Positions 21,578-30,901 are shown, counted from the stretch's first letter. The stretch is DNA of 64,000 nt from Fidelibacterota bacterium (GCA_046861645.1 JBHHUM010000001.1:1-64000), one strand, 5' to 3'. The notes: generated from the sequence alone by a model not told the origin. Translations and numbers: made by a program.

Positions 21578-22879
21578 ATGGGACGTTCTGCAGCAAAAGA
21601 ACGTATTCTCTACGATTTCAGGAAATATGTGTCTCCGGGAAAGGCTGACTTTTTCCAGAAATACGGAATGGATTTTGTTATGGGGAAAAGGGAAGGAGCC
21701 TTCATTTACGATATTGACGGGGAGAAACGTCTGTTTAACCTGCACTGCAATGGTGGGGTGTTTAATTTAGGACATAGGGATGAAGAACTTATAGAGCTTC
21801 TCAGGGTAAGTCTGGAAGAAATCGATATCGGCAACCATCACCTGATGAGCCGGGAACGGGCAAATCTGGCCAGGCAGTTAGCAGAATTAATGCCCAGGGA
21901 TTTGAACTATTCAGTCTTTGGAGTCAGCGGGGGAGAAGCGGTGGATCTGGCGATCAAAGTTGCCAGGGGTTTTACTCAACGCTCAAAAATTATTTCCGCT
22001 CGGGGAGGTTATCACGGACATACTGGATTGGCATTGGCTACGGGAGATGAACATTATCGCAAACCTTTTGGGCCTCAACCCCCTGGATTTTTTCAGATAC
22101 CATTTGGTGATTTAGAGTTATTAAATGCAGAAGCAGATGAGGATACGGCCGCTATTATTCTGGAAACCATCCCTGCTACATTGGGGATAGTTATTCCTTC
22201 TTTAGAGTACATGCAGGGTGTCCGACAACTTTGTGACAGCTTGGGTATTATTCTCATTCTTGATGAAGTACAGACCGGATTTGGACGGACAGGAAAACTG
22301 TGGGCATTTGAACATTTTGAAATTATTCCAGATATTGTAGTTCTGGGTAAGGGTATGTCTGGTGGAATTTATCCCATCACTGCTACTGTACTTCGCCAGC
22401 CTCTAGAATCGGTTTTCCACGATGATCCCTTTATTCATATTTCCACCTTTGGTGGAGCTGAGCCAGGGTGTAGATTAGCCCAGCGTGTATTGGAGATTTC
22501 ATCCGATCTTAAGTTTCTTGATAACGTACGAAGACTATCCCAACTTTTCACAGATGGTCTAATGGAATTACAAAACAGACATGGCAAGTTCCTGAAGGGT
22601 TGGCGTCAATTAGGATTGATGATAGGACTTGAACTTCGTGATGAGCTCTCTGGTCCCCTGCTTACCAAGACTGCTTATGAAAATGATCTTTTGATGGTTT
22701 ACGCTGGAAACAATACTTCTATCAGTCAGCTTTTACCTCCTCTGATCATGAACAAATCAGACGTGACTTATGTCATGGATCGGTTGAATCGTGCCCTGGG
22801 TTCAGCCAAAAAGCTTAGACCTCTGGCAAAAGCTAAGTATGGTTTGAGGAAATTTATTATGAAAAAGGGTGATCGTTGA
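21578..22879 (+). CDS. Class III PLP-dependent aminotransferase
   Basis: SGGEAVD; GYHGHT; LDEVQTGFGRTG; LGKG (PLP lysine); STFGG. Confidence 0.92.
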   Translation: MGRSAAKERILYDFRKYVSPGKADFFQKYGMDFVMGKREGAFIYDIDGEKRLFNLHCNGGVFNLGHRDEELIELLRVSLEEIDIGNHHLMSRERANLARQLAELMPRDLNYSVFGVSGGEAVDLAIKVARGFTQRSKIISARGGYHGHTGLALATGDEHYRKPFGPQPPGFFQIPFGDLELLNAEADEDTAAIILETIPATLGIVIPSLEYMQGVRQLCDSLGIILILDEVQTGFGRTGKLWAFEHFEIIPDIVVLGKGMSGGIYPITATVLRQPLESVFHDDPFIHISTFGGAEPGCRLAQRVLEISSDLKFLDNVRRLSQLFTDGLMELQNRHGKFLKGWRQLGLMIGLELRDELSGPLLTKTAYENDLLMVYAGNNTSISQLLPPLIMNKSDVTYVMDRLNRALGSAKKLRPLAKAKYGLRKFIMKKGDR

Positions 22880-23110
22880 AGTTTATTAGAAAGCCATACC
22901 CTTTGAAAAAAGAGGATCAAAGAAGAGCTATGCTAAATGAGAATTAAAGGTTAAAAAGTTTTAGGATTGGGAATATTGAGGTATTGAATGATGTGGATTT
23001 CGCTCGTAACGAGATTGGAAAGTTTGTGGAGGTAATAATCGTGAAAGATTACTCTCACCCACTAAAAGATCCTACGGTAAAGTGGGGGATGATTCATCTT
23101 TTCTTTAATA

Positions 23111-24034
23111 ATGATTGAGATCCCTGAAAACAGCAACACACTTGAGGCATTTGAGCGTGATCTTAATCCTAATGACCTCGGCAGGGCCAGTATCTCTGCC
23201 CAAGTTCTTGGTTATGGAGAGATTTCCACTGTTTTTGCTATCGGGAATGACGAGAATCATGCTTTTAAAAGAATGCCGTTGTTCGACTCTCGTTTGGCAG
23301 CACAAACCTACGCTGCCGACTATCGTCGTTATTGTGGCTGGCTAAGAGATGCGGGACTTAAACTTCCAGAAGATAGTACAGAGATCATTGAGCTACCCGG
23401 AAGACCAGTAGTGCTTTACATCGTCCAACAACAACTCCGGAGAGATTGGTTTGCACATCACCTGATCCATCATATCACAGAAGAGGAGTTGGAATTGATC
23501 ATCAGTCTTATTGTAAAAGAAATAGTGAAAGTATGGCGGTTCAATAAGGAGCATCAACCTGAACTGGAATTAGCTATTGATGGTCAACTATCCAATTGGG
23601 TGTTTACTAATGATGGGACGCTTTATTATGTAGATACCAGCACACCCCTGTTTCGTTTAAGTGGGGAAGAGCAGCTCGATCCGGAACTATTTCTGAAGAG
23701 TGCTCCCAGCTTTCTGCGATGGATCATCCGCTTGTTTTTCTTGAAGGATGTCATGAACCGATATTACGACCCTCGCCAGGTGTTCATCGATCTGGCTGCG
23801 AATCTTCACAAAGAGCAGCGGTCTGATATGGTACCTAAAACGGTGGAGATTATTAATCGTGATTTGGATAGTGAATTAGATCCCTTGACGGTTGATGAAG
23901 TTGAGAAATACTACAAGGGAGATAAGATCATCTGGTCACTATTTTTAGCTTTCCGCCGCTTTGACCGCTGGCTTAAGACGACCATCTTACGGAAACGGTA
24001 CGAGTTCATTCTTCCAGGTAAGATTAAGCGCTGA
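23111..24034 (+). CDS. Kinase-like-fold hypothetical protein (DUF6206-like)
   Basis: LGYGEIS Gly-loop, AFKR lysine, IDGQLSNW catalytic-loop-like, YVDTS. Confidence 0.55.
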   Translation: MIEIPENSNTLEAFERDLNPNDLGRASISAQVLGYGEISTVFAIGNDENHAFKRMPLFDSRLAAQTYAADYRRYCGWLRDAGLKLPEDSTEIIELPGRPVVLYIVQQQLRRDWFAHHLIHHITEEELELIISLIVKEIVKVWRFNKEHQPELELAIDGQLSNWVFTNDGTLYYVDTSTPLFRLSGEEQLDPELFLKSAPSFLRWIIRLFFLKDVMNRYYDPRQVFIDLAANLHKEQRSDMVPKTVEIINRDLDSELDPLTVDEVEKYYKGDKIIWSLFLAFRRFDRWLKTTILRKRYEFILPGKIKR

Positions 24035-24036
24035 TT

Positions 24037-25332
24037 ATGTGTGATACTTTTGTTGTCACCCCCTCTGCCACAGCGGATGGGTCCACAATCTTTGGTAAGA
24101 ACAGTGATCGTGAACCCAATGAAGCTCAGGTGCTGGAGTATCATTCAGCAAAGAATTTTCCTGAAGGAGAATTTGTCCGCTGCACCCATATCGAGATTCC
24201 CCAGGTAAGTGAAACTTTTGGTGTTTTACTTAGTCATCCTTTTTGGATGTGGGGTGCTGAGATGGGAGTAAACGAACGGGGGGTAGTCATAGGCAATGAA
24301 GCCGTTTGGACCAAAATGCCCCTGTCACGAGAAAGAGGGTTGACCGGAATGGATTTATTACGGTTGGCCCTGGAGCGTAGTCCTTCTGCTGAGCGGGCTC
24401 TGGAAGTCATAACCGATTTACTGGCCGAACATGGTCAGGGAGGTGTCTGTGGATATGAAGACCGGAAGTTGACCTACCATAACAGCTTTATCATAGCTGA
24501 TCTAAGCGAAGCCTGGGTGCTGGAAACCGCGGGTTCACTCTGGGCAGCCAGGAGGGTAAAAGAAATGTATTCCATCAGCAATGGTCTGACTATTGGTGAG
24601 CAGTTTGATTTAAGTCACCCTTATCTAATAGAGATAGCCCTGCAAAAAGGGTGGTTGAAGCGGGGCAGGACTTTTAATTTTGCAGATTGTTACGCTGACT
24701 GGTTTTACCATACTTTTACGGCCTGTCGACCTCGGCGCAGACGTTCGAAAAAGCTATTGGTGGAGGAGCAACCATTTGAGGTCAAGGGGGCTTTTGCTCT
24801 TCTACGGGATCACGGGGGAGAAAAACTTTACCGACCGGATCGCCATTTTCTTATGAATCACCTCTGTGCTCATTCAGCCAATACTCTTTCTCGTCATGCT
24901 ACGCAATCTACTGCATCGTTGGTGGCACACCTTTCCTCCCAGGCGATAACCGTTTGGGTTACTGGTACTTCAGCCCCGTGTACAGGGATTTTCAAACCTC
25001 TCAGCTTGGATGGAAGTGAATTCCCTGATTTCGGTCCGAAACCTGAAGGGAAATACAATCCTGAGACATTGTGGTGGCGACATGAGAAACTCCACCGTGC
25101 CATGCTCCTCGATTTTCCTTCTCGACTGGCTACAATTCATCAGGATAGAGAACAGTTGGAAACAAACTGGTTGGAAAACCCACCTCATACTTCTGTAGCA
25201 TTTCAAGAGTCCTTAGCACTGGAAGAAGAATGGTTGGAGAGAATCAGTACCATACCAGTAAAGGAGAACGTCAAGTTAAGTTATCGACGCTACTGGCGGA
25301 AACAGAATCAAAAGGCAGGGATAAGTGTTTAA
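24037..25332 (+). CDS. C69-family dipeptidase / secernin-like Ntn hydrolase
   Basis: N-terminal MCDT; GKNSDREPNEAQ; WMWGAEMGVNE; GMDLLRLALER. Confidence 0.9.
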   Translation: MCDTFVVTPSATADGSTIFGKNSDREPNEAQVLEYHSAKNFPEGEFVRCTHIEIPQVSETFGVLLSHPFWMWGAEMGVNERGVVIGNEAVWTKMPLSRERGLTGMDLLRLALERSPSAERALEVITDLLAEHGQGGVCGYEDRKLTYHNSFIIADLSEAWVLETAGSLWAARRVKEMYSISNGLTIGEQFDLSHPYLIEIALQKGWLKRGRTFNFADCYADWFYHTFTACRPRRRRSKKLLVEEQPFEVKGAFALLRDHGGEKLYRPDRHFLMNHLCAHSANTLSRHATQSTASLVAHLSSQAITVWVTGTSAPCTGIFKPLSLDGSEFPDFGPKPEGKYNPETLWWRHEKLHRAMLLDFPSRLATIHQDREQLETNWLENPPHTSVAFQESLALEEEWLERISTIPVKENVKLSYRRYWRKQNQKAGISV

Positions 25333-25382
25333 GTGACAACAAGTTTACCAACCTCTTTCAGCAAATTTTAAATGAAAATCTA

Positions 25383-25482
25383 TAATAACGACCAAGCTCA
25401 GCAGCAGGCGAAAGTGGCGCGTAATTTTGTATTGTGAAAAATAACGATGCTTTTGGCTGTCCGCTGGAGCGCCTTGTTAGCT
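25383..25482 (-). repeat. attC site (after GNAT cassette)
   Basis: Minus strand: R'' AGCTAAC (overlaps stop), L'' GCTCCAGC, L' GCTGAGC, R' GTTATTA; hairpin with extrahelical base. Confidence 0.85.
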
Positions 25483-25893
25483 TCTGATATTTTGTTCACG
25501 ATCAAGTATCCAGCATCTTTTATTATTCGTAAACCCAATATGCTCATAGTATGAATTTGCTGCTGGGGCAGCAACCAAGATTAATTTGCATTGAGACCCT
25601 AATTGCTCCTGAGTTATGACCAGCAATTTCTTACCGATGCCTTTTTTCTGATGATTTTTATGAACAGCAAGATCAGAAAGATAACAAGCATAGTGGAAAT
25701 CTGTCATTGAACGTGCAACACCTATCAATTTATCTCCCAGCCATGCTGTTACTATTAGGTTGCTGCTTTCCACCATTCCTTCCATACAATTCCGGTCATG
25801 AATTGGTCTTCTCTTGCCAAGAGTAGATTCACGGAGCAGCTCAATGAATTGATCTGCTGTTACAGGGGTATTGATTTTGTATTCTATGCTCAT
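25477..25893 (-). CDS. GNAT N-acetyltransferase (integron cassette 3)
   Basis: LSDLAV..HQKKGIGKKL; YYEHIGF; core site GTTAGTT at 25913-25907 just upstream of the RBS. Confidence 0.88.
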   Translation of the reverse strand: MSIEYKINTPVTADQFIELLRESTLGKRRPIHDRNCMEGMVESSNLIVTAWLGDKLIGVARSMTDFHYACYLSDLAVHKNHQKKGIGKKLLVITQEQLGSQCKLILVAAPAANSYYEHIGFTNNKRCWILDREQNIRS

Positions 25894-25913
25894 GGATTCC
25901 TTTGGGAACTAAC

Positions 25914-26286
25914 GATATCTATGTTCCTCTTTGCCAGCATGATGTAAGATCTCTTTGACATCCTGATGGGAGGTCAGGTAAGCACCACACACTGTAAAGG
26001 GGAACGGTCATGGCTAATCACAACTCTCTCATAGAGAAACGTCGATTTGTTAAAGGAAAACTAATCATCGGGATTGATCCTGCCAATGATAAACGCAAAG
26101 TTCAGATAGTCTACAATTACGGTATACCGTTGGGGAGGTCATTTTCTTTTCCCAACACATACAAAGGAGATCACACTATTTTGTGGAAACGGGTAAGAAG
26201 ATATCTGACAGATGAAGTATACTGGAAGCCGGCTTTAATCTTTGCCGTAAAGACAACCTGCGACTTTTAGATCACAGTATATCTAT
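25914..26286 (+). mobile_element. IS110-family remnant (structured non-coding end + truncated DEDD transposase 26010-26270) lying within an attC
   Basis: LIIGIDPA..GRSFSFPNTYKG..FAVKTTCDF* resembles the IS110 RuvC-like N-terminus; ATATCTAT repeated at 25915-25922 and 26279-26286. Confidence 0.7.
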
Positions 26287-26365
26287 AGACCACAGAGCTC
26301 GAGACGAGCAACCAACCTTTAATTTCGCACAGCGCACCGCTGTAAAGTACAGCCAATGGTTAGGC
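26287..26365 (-). repeat. attC site, interrupted (R''/L'' half)
   Basis: Minus strand GCCTAAC-CATTG-GCTGTAC shortly after the cassette-2 stop; complementary to TTAGGC at the start of the same cassette. Confidence 0.7.
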
Positions 26366-26397
26366 AAATTAATGATTATTAAATTCTATTTCTCCTC

Positions 26398-26892
26398 TTA
26401 AGGAGTAAATCGATAGATATAACCTATATTGGCACTTGGAACAAAAGGATCATCTGCTAAATTACCCAGGTTATCTTGTAAGATCCTTGCTATCCCTAAT
26501 TCTAAAAATAATCCTCGATATCCCAAGATAGAAAAATTCAGACCATATGCAATTCCAGTATAAGCAAAATCATAATCAGCGCCTGGATCACTCCCAACAT
26601 ATCTCCCTGCTAAAAGATTTATACTTTGTTGAGTTTTTTCATTATCTGACAGCTTAAATCCAAGATTTAGCATCATTTGATTGTCAGTTTTATTAAGATA
26701 ATATTGTGATAAGCGAAGACCAGTTCTTTTATACCAATAACCAAGGTTAATACCAGATGTTGTAAAACCAAGCTCAGGATATGAAGTTTCTTTTAAATCT
26801 CTCTGATTACTCTTCTCATCAGCCCATATGTCGCTAGTTCCAAAAAGTACAAAAGCAAAAATAAAAAAGATAAAATACTTTTTCTCAACCAC
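26398..26892 (-). CDS. Hypothetical exported protein, possible small beta-barrel (integron cassette 2)
   Basis: Signal peptide; alternating beta-strands; terminal NIGYIYRF. Confidence 0.65.
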   Translation of the reverse strand: MVEKKYFIFFIFAFVLFGTSDIWADEKSNQRDLKETSYPELGFTTSGINLGYWYKRTGLRLSQYYLNKTDNQMMLNLGFKLSDNEKTQQSINLLAGRYVGSDPGADYDFAYTGIAYGLNFSILGYRGLFLELGIARILQDNLGNLADDPFVPSANIGYIYRFTP

Positions 26893-27171
26893 TTATTCCT
26901 GATTAATATTCTCCAATAACTTTTTTCAGAAGCTTGCTCTATCATGTCATTTATATTCATATTAATACTCCCCGAATCAGAGATTTCCCAGATCAAAATC
27001 TTGTAAGTTACTAAATTGCGAAAATCCTTTATGTAAATGAAGAATACGTATTATCATTTCTTTGCTAAGGATTTTGCGCTTGGTATCGTTTCATCTTCCA
27101 ATTCATTTGGATGATAAACACTCAAATATCCAATTATAACTCTTATTTCCCCTTGTTCTTGTTCAAATTAC

Positions 27172-27304
27172 GCCTAAAGGAAAAAGTAACCTGCACAAAC
27201 TTGACTATACTTTTGTAGAACACTTAACAAAATGGTTTCCAAATATCTTTAATTTTCAAAATCACGCTGTCATCATTTCAGGTCGGGTTGAGTGTGGGTT
27301 ATAT
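27172..27304 (-). repeat. attC site (after RM cassette), degenerate
   Basis: Minus strand R'' ATATAAC, L'' ACTCAACC, L' GGTTACT, R' TTTAGGC (GTT crossover G replaced by T). Confidence 0.7.
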
Positions 27305-27315
27305 TTTCCTGCTTT

Positions 27316-28095
27316 TTAGATGTCAATTTTGGTATCAGCTATTTCTTTGATTTTATCTGCAATGCTATTTTTGTAAGTTTTGCCGATGTTATCAAAAAGT
27401 TCCAATAATTCGACAAATGTATTATCCCCACCAAGATAATCCCAAAACTGTTCACCAATTAAGAAATCTTCACCAGGTTTTAACAGTCCTTGAAGTGTGA
27501 ATCTTTCGTAAAGATCGGGATGATAAGGGTTATATGGAAAAGCCAAAAACACCTTCACATATTTCCTTCTTCTAGCAATCCATTCCAAGAGTTTTGCCTT
27601 TGATTTTGTGAATACATCAATATTTGGTTTAACGGTTTTTATTTCAAAATACTGTTCAATCCCGTTTCGTTTCATATAAAAATCTGCTATACGACCTTCT
27701 TTTTGTACTTTACCATTTGAAGGATCTGCATTTAAAACTTCTTGGGTTTCTTTTTCAATATTTGATTCACGATCACCATTTCTTAATTCTCGAATTATAT
27801 TATCAATTACAGATTTTTGATTTCGTGAAATAACTCCGCCAATATCATATTTTGTAAAACATTCTTCAGTGCTTTCATTCGTAATAATCTTTGACACATC
27901 TTCATAAATTGACATTCCAAGTGTTGTTGCAAGAGAATGAATAAAAGAATATGCTGCCACCTTTTCCTTGTCCTGCATTAACTTGACAAGAAATGGCATT
28001 GATGTGGATTCTCTTGCGTATCTTTGTAGTTTTGCATCTAATTTAGAGGACAGAAGATCAGTAATTAGTTGTTTTTGACCATTAGTTAAACTCAA
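27316..28095 (-). CDS. Type II restriction endonuclease, TdeIII/MjaII-like
   Basis: SLATTLG; ADF..EIKTVKPN PD-(D/E)XK motif; AFPYNPY; FWDYLGG; coupled to the MTase. Confidence 0.8.
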   Translation of the reverse strand: MSLTNGQKQLITDLLSSKLDAKLQRYARESTSMPFLVKLMQDKEKVAAYSFIHSLATTLGMSIYEDVSKIITNESTEECFTKYDIGGVISRNQKSVIDNIIRELRNGDRESNIEKETQEVLNADPSNGKVQKEGRIADFYMKRNGIEQYFEIKTVKPNIDVFTKSKAKLLEWIARRRKYVKVFLAFPYNPYHPDLYERFTLQGLLKPGEDFLIGEQFWDYLGGDNTFVELLELFDNIGKTYKNSIADKIKEIADTKIDI

Positions 28096-28096
28096 A

Positions 28097-29518
28097 TCAG
28101 TTACCCTTTTTCTTCATATAAAAAATTGTTTCTTGATATGCATTATTCCCTTGTTCAGTTCTTTTTGTTACTGCACGATGATGCTCTTTTACAATTGTCA
28201 ATCCACTTTTTTCTGCGATAGTAGGATAAAGGTTAAACCTATCATTTGCCACAATAAATATTTTAGCATCATCTTTCAAATACTTATTCATATTGCTGAA
28301 TACAGCAGATATTCCATTCACATAATTTTCTTTTGCCTTAATCGATTTTCCTGATTTTTTAGGACCAATTTCTTTATCATCGTATCTTTTAATTCCAAAT
28401 AATTCATAAGCGTAAATATGTTGTTCGTGATAATCAATTTGTCCCACATAAGGCGGGGAGGTATAAATACCATCGTATTTTTTATTGCCAATCGGTGAAT
28501 TTTTCAATTTTTCCAAAAGGTTGATTTTTGTTGAATCACCTTGTATAACTGAAATTGATCTATCCGATCGCAATTTATTAAATTGTTTAATTCTTCTTAC
28601 TGTGTCCATACCATAATTATGAATTTTCACTAAAAGTTGTTCAATAGGTTTACAGTATTTGTTATGTTTTCTGCACCAATATTCTTTTCCCGGTTCAACT
28701 GGTTTCTTTGGAGTTGCTAAATCGTAATGAGGGACGAGTCTTGAAGAACGGGTTGCACGACTTAATAAAACTGATAGTAAATCCTGATAATAAAATTCTT
28801 TGATTAATCGTTTGTAATACATCATTTCAAAAAGCGTCCGTTCAGCAAACCAGGTTTTAAGATACTCACTTGTAACACCAGCTAATAGAGATTTTTTTAG
28901 TTCATCCATTTTTTCTTCGGGAAAAAGTTGGATTTGTTTTGGGTCATTTGTTATCAAACGATTACTAAATCTTGTAAGACGATTTTCTGCTTCTAACACT
29001 TCATTTTTTAATTTATATAAATCATATTTATTTGTTTTGACTTTTGCGATTCGACAATTGAATTCAGAAATATCAACACCAATTGTATGAATTTTTAATT
29101 CGTTACCTTGGACAAGAGTTGTTCCTGAACCCATAAAGGGATCAAGAACAATTTCATTTTCTTTAAAATATTTGATGAGAAACCACTCTACTAATTGAGG
29201 AATAAATTTCCCCAAATATGGATGAAGTCGATGAACGTGTTTTGTCCGCTCACGTTCGGGAAGATTATAGAAACCGAGTTCTGCGTTTAAACCGGCTCGG
29301 TGGTGATGTGAGTTTCCTTGCTCAATTAGTTTAAGAAAGGTTTTTAATTCCTTCAAAGAAACTCGAAGTTCACCATTTTTGGCTTTTCTTTTGATAAGTT
29401 TACCATCAGGTGTGTATTTTCCAATCCGTTTGTAATCAATATAATAGCGAATATTGTGGACAGTTTTCCCAACTATCTCTGCCGCTTCTGAAATTGTTAA
29501 AAGGTCAGAATGAATCAT
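28097..29518 (-). CDS. Amino-methyltransferase (likely m4C) with N-terminal HTH
   Basis: LTISEAAEIVGKT HTH; HPYLGKFIPQ; motif I DPFMGSGTT before motif IV TSPPY. Confidence 0.9.
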   Translation of the reverse strand: MIHSDLLTISEAAEIVGKTVHNIRYYIDYKRIGKYTPDGKLIKRKAKNGELRVSLKELKTFLKLIEQGNSHHHRAGLNAELGFYNLPERERTKHVHRLHPYLGKFIPQLVEWFLIKYFKENEIVLDPFMGSGTTLVQGNELKIHTIGVDISEFNCRIAKVKTNKYDLYKLKNEVLEAENRLTRFSNRLITNDPKQIQLFPEEKMDELKKSLLAGVTSEYLKTWFAERTLFEMMYYKRLIKEFYYQDLLSVLLSRATRSSRLVPHYDLATPKKPVEPGKEYWCRKHNKYCKPIEQLLVKIHNYGMDTVRRIKQFNKLRSDRSISVIQGDSTKINLLEKLKNSPIGNKKYDGIYTSPPYVGQIDYHEQHIYAYELFGIKRYDDKEIGPKKSGKSIKAKENYVNGISAVFSNMNKYLKDDAKIFIVANDRFNLYPTIAEKSGLTIVKEHHRAVTKRTEQGNNAYQETIFYMKKKGN

Positions 29519-29617
29519 TAATTCTTCAATTTCCCTTTAAATCTACATTCCAAAGATAATAAAACCATTTGAATTAAGAAGTATCGTATCCTGAATTTTA
29601 TAAAGAAATTTCTGGAA

Positions 29618-29649
29618 ATATAACTCGTCAATAAATGGAAATATTTCCA
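29618..29649 (-). other. attI site (core GTTATAT)
   Basis: Core at 29624-29618 is the exact complement of R'' ATATAAC of the first attC; lies between the first cassette and the 5' end of divergent intI. Confidence 0.75.
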
Positions 29650-29700
29650 CTATATCACCCTTATAGACTGGAAATTATTCTTTATAATATTATCCATTAC

Positions 29701-29729
29701 TTGAAAAGAAGGAAAATATCCTGTAAGTT
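29701..29729 (+). promoter_or_regulatory. Candidate intI promoter
   Basis: TTGAAA-N17-TAAGTT. Confidence 0.4.
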
Positions 29730-29845
29730 ATCCATATATTTAATTAACTCCTCTATAATGATGAAATCTACCAGAATAGCATTTGGAAAACAAGAAAAAA
29801 ACCTTACCCCTGTACGCCCCTGCCTTGTCGGCAGACAGACAGCAG

Positions 29846-30901
29846 ATGGGTAAATTCCCTCCAGACACTGAACTGTACACAGCACACAACGTCCTGCGGA
29901 CATCCTATGGGGAGCTGATGGATCAGGTCCGGCAGGTACTGCGTTATCACCATTACGCCTACCGTACCGAGTTGACTTATTGTAATTGGATTGTTCGCTA
30001 TATAAAGTTCCATGGCAGCAAAAAGCATCCTCGTGATATGGGCAAGTGTGAAATTGAATTATATCTCCATCATCTTGCTGAGGATAAGGATGCTTCGGTG
30101 GCGACACAAAGGCAGGCTCACAATGCCATTATCTTTCTCTATGATCAAGTTCTTTGTTTTCCAGTCAGTGAATCTATTGAACCGGTCAAAGCAAAGCAGC
30201 AGCGTCATTTACCGGTTGTGATGACTCAAGAGGAAGTGAAGTTGGTTCTCAACCAGATGTAGAGGTATCATTTAATGATGGCGAAGCTACTGTACGGAGG
30301 CGGTCTGCGGTTAATAGAGTGTATCCGACTGAGAATTGGAGATCTCGATTTTGAAAGGAACCGGATCAATGTCCGGGGTGCCAAAGGAGGTAAAAATCGT
30401 CTGACCTTATTCCCACAGTCAATCCAGGAGGAGTTACGAATTCATATAGCAAAAGTAAAACAATTACATGATCAGGATTTAGCTGAAGGATACGGCAGTA
30501 CCTATCTTCCTCATGCGTTAGCTAAAAAGTACCCCTACGCTGCCAAAGAGTTGACTTGGCAGTATCTGTTCCCAGCAAAAAAATTAAGTGAAGATCCACG
30601 AACAGGAATCATACGTCGGCACCATGTAATGGAATCCGGGTTACAAAAAGCCGTCATGGCTGCAGTGTCTCGAGCGGGCATTACAAAACGAGTTAGCTGT
30701 CATACTTTTCGTCACTGTTTTGCTACTCACTTATTAGAAAATGGTGTCAATATTCATGCTGTCCAAGAGTTGATGGGGCATAAAAGTATAAAGACAACTG
30801 AAATTTATACTCATGTCATGGAAAAGGAACTTGAGGAAACTCGCAGTCCTTTGGATATACTGGGAGAAAGAGAAAACGATATACTTGACGAGAAGAAATA
30901 G
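29846..30901 (+). pseudogene. intI: Integron integrase with in-frame TAG at 30260-30262 (start uncertain, 29783 or 29846)
   Basis: LRYHHYAYRTE..Y..WI; GLRLIEC; KGGKNR; IntI patch DLAEGYGSTYLPHALAKKYP..WQYLFPA; HTFRHCFATHLLE; GHKSIKTTEIYTHV; both halves in one frame. Confidence 0.93.

Noticed and set aside
22880..23110. Gap between the aminotransferase and the kinase-like gene as a gene remnant
   Set aside because: No recognisable coding motif; cannot be supported without a search
30260..30262. Amber read-through or recoding (TAG interrupts intI and ends the IS110 and pilC fragments)
   Set aside because: TAG is an ordinary stop for groES, rplS and rpoZ in this window and no pyl genes are seen; simple decay is more parsimonious
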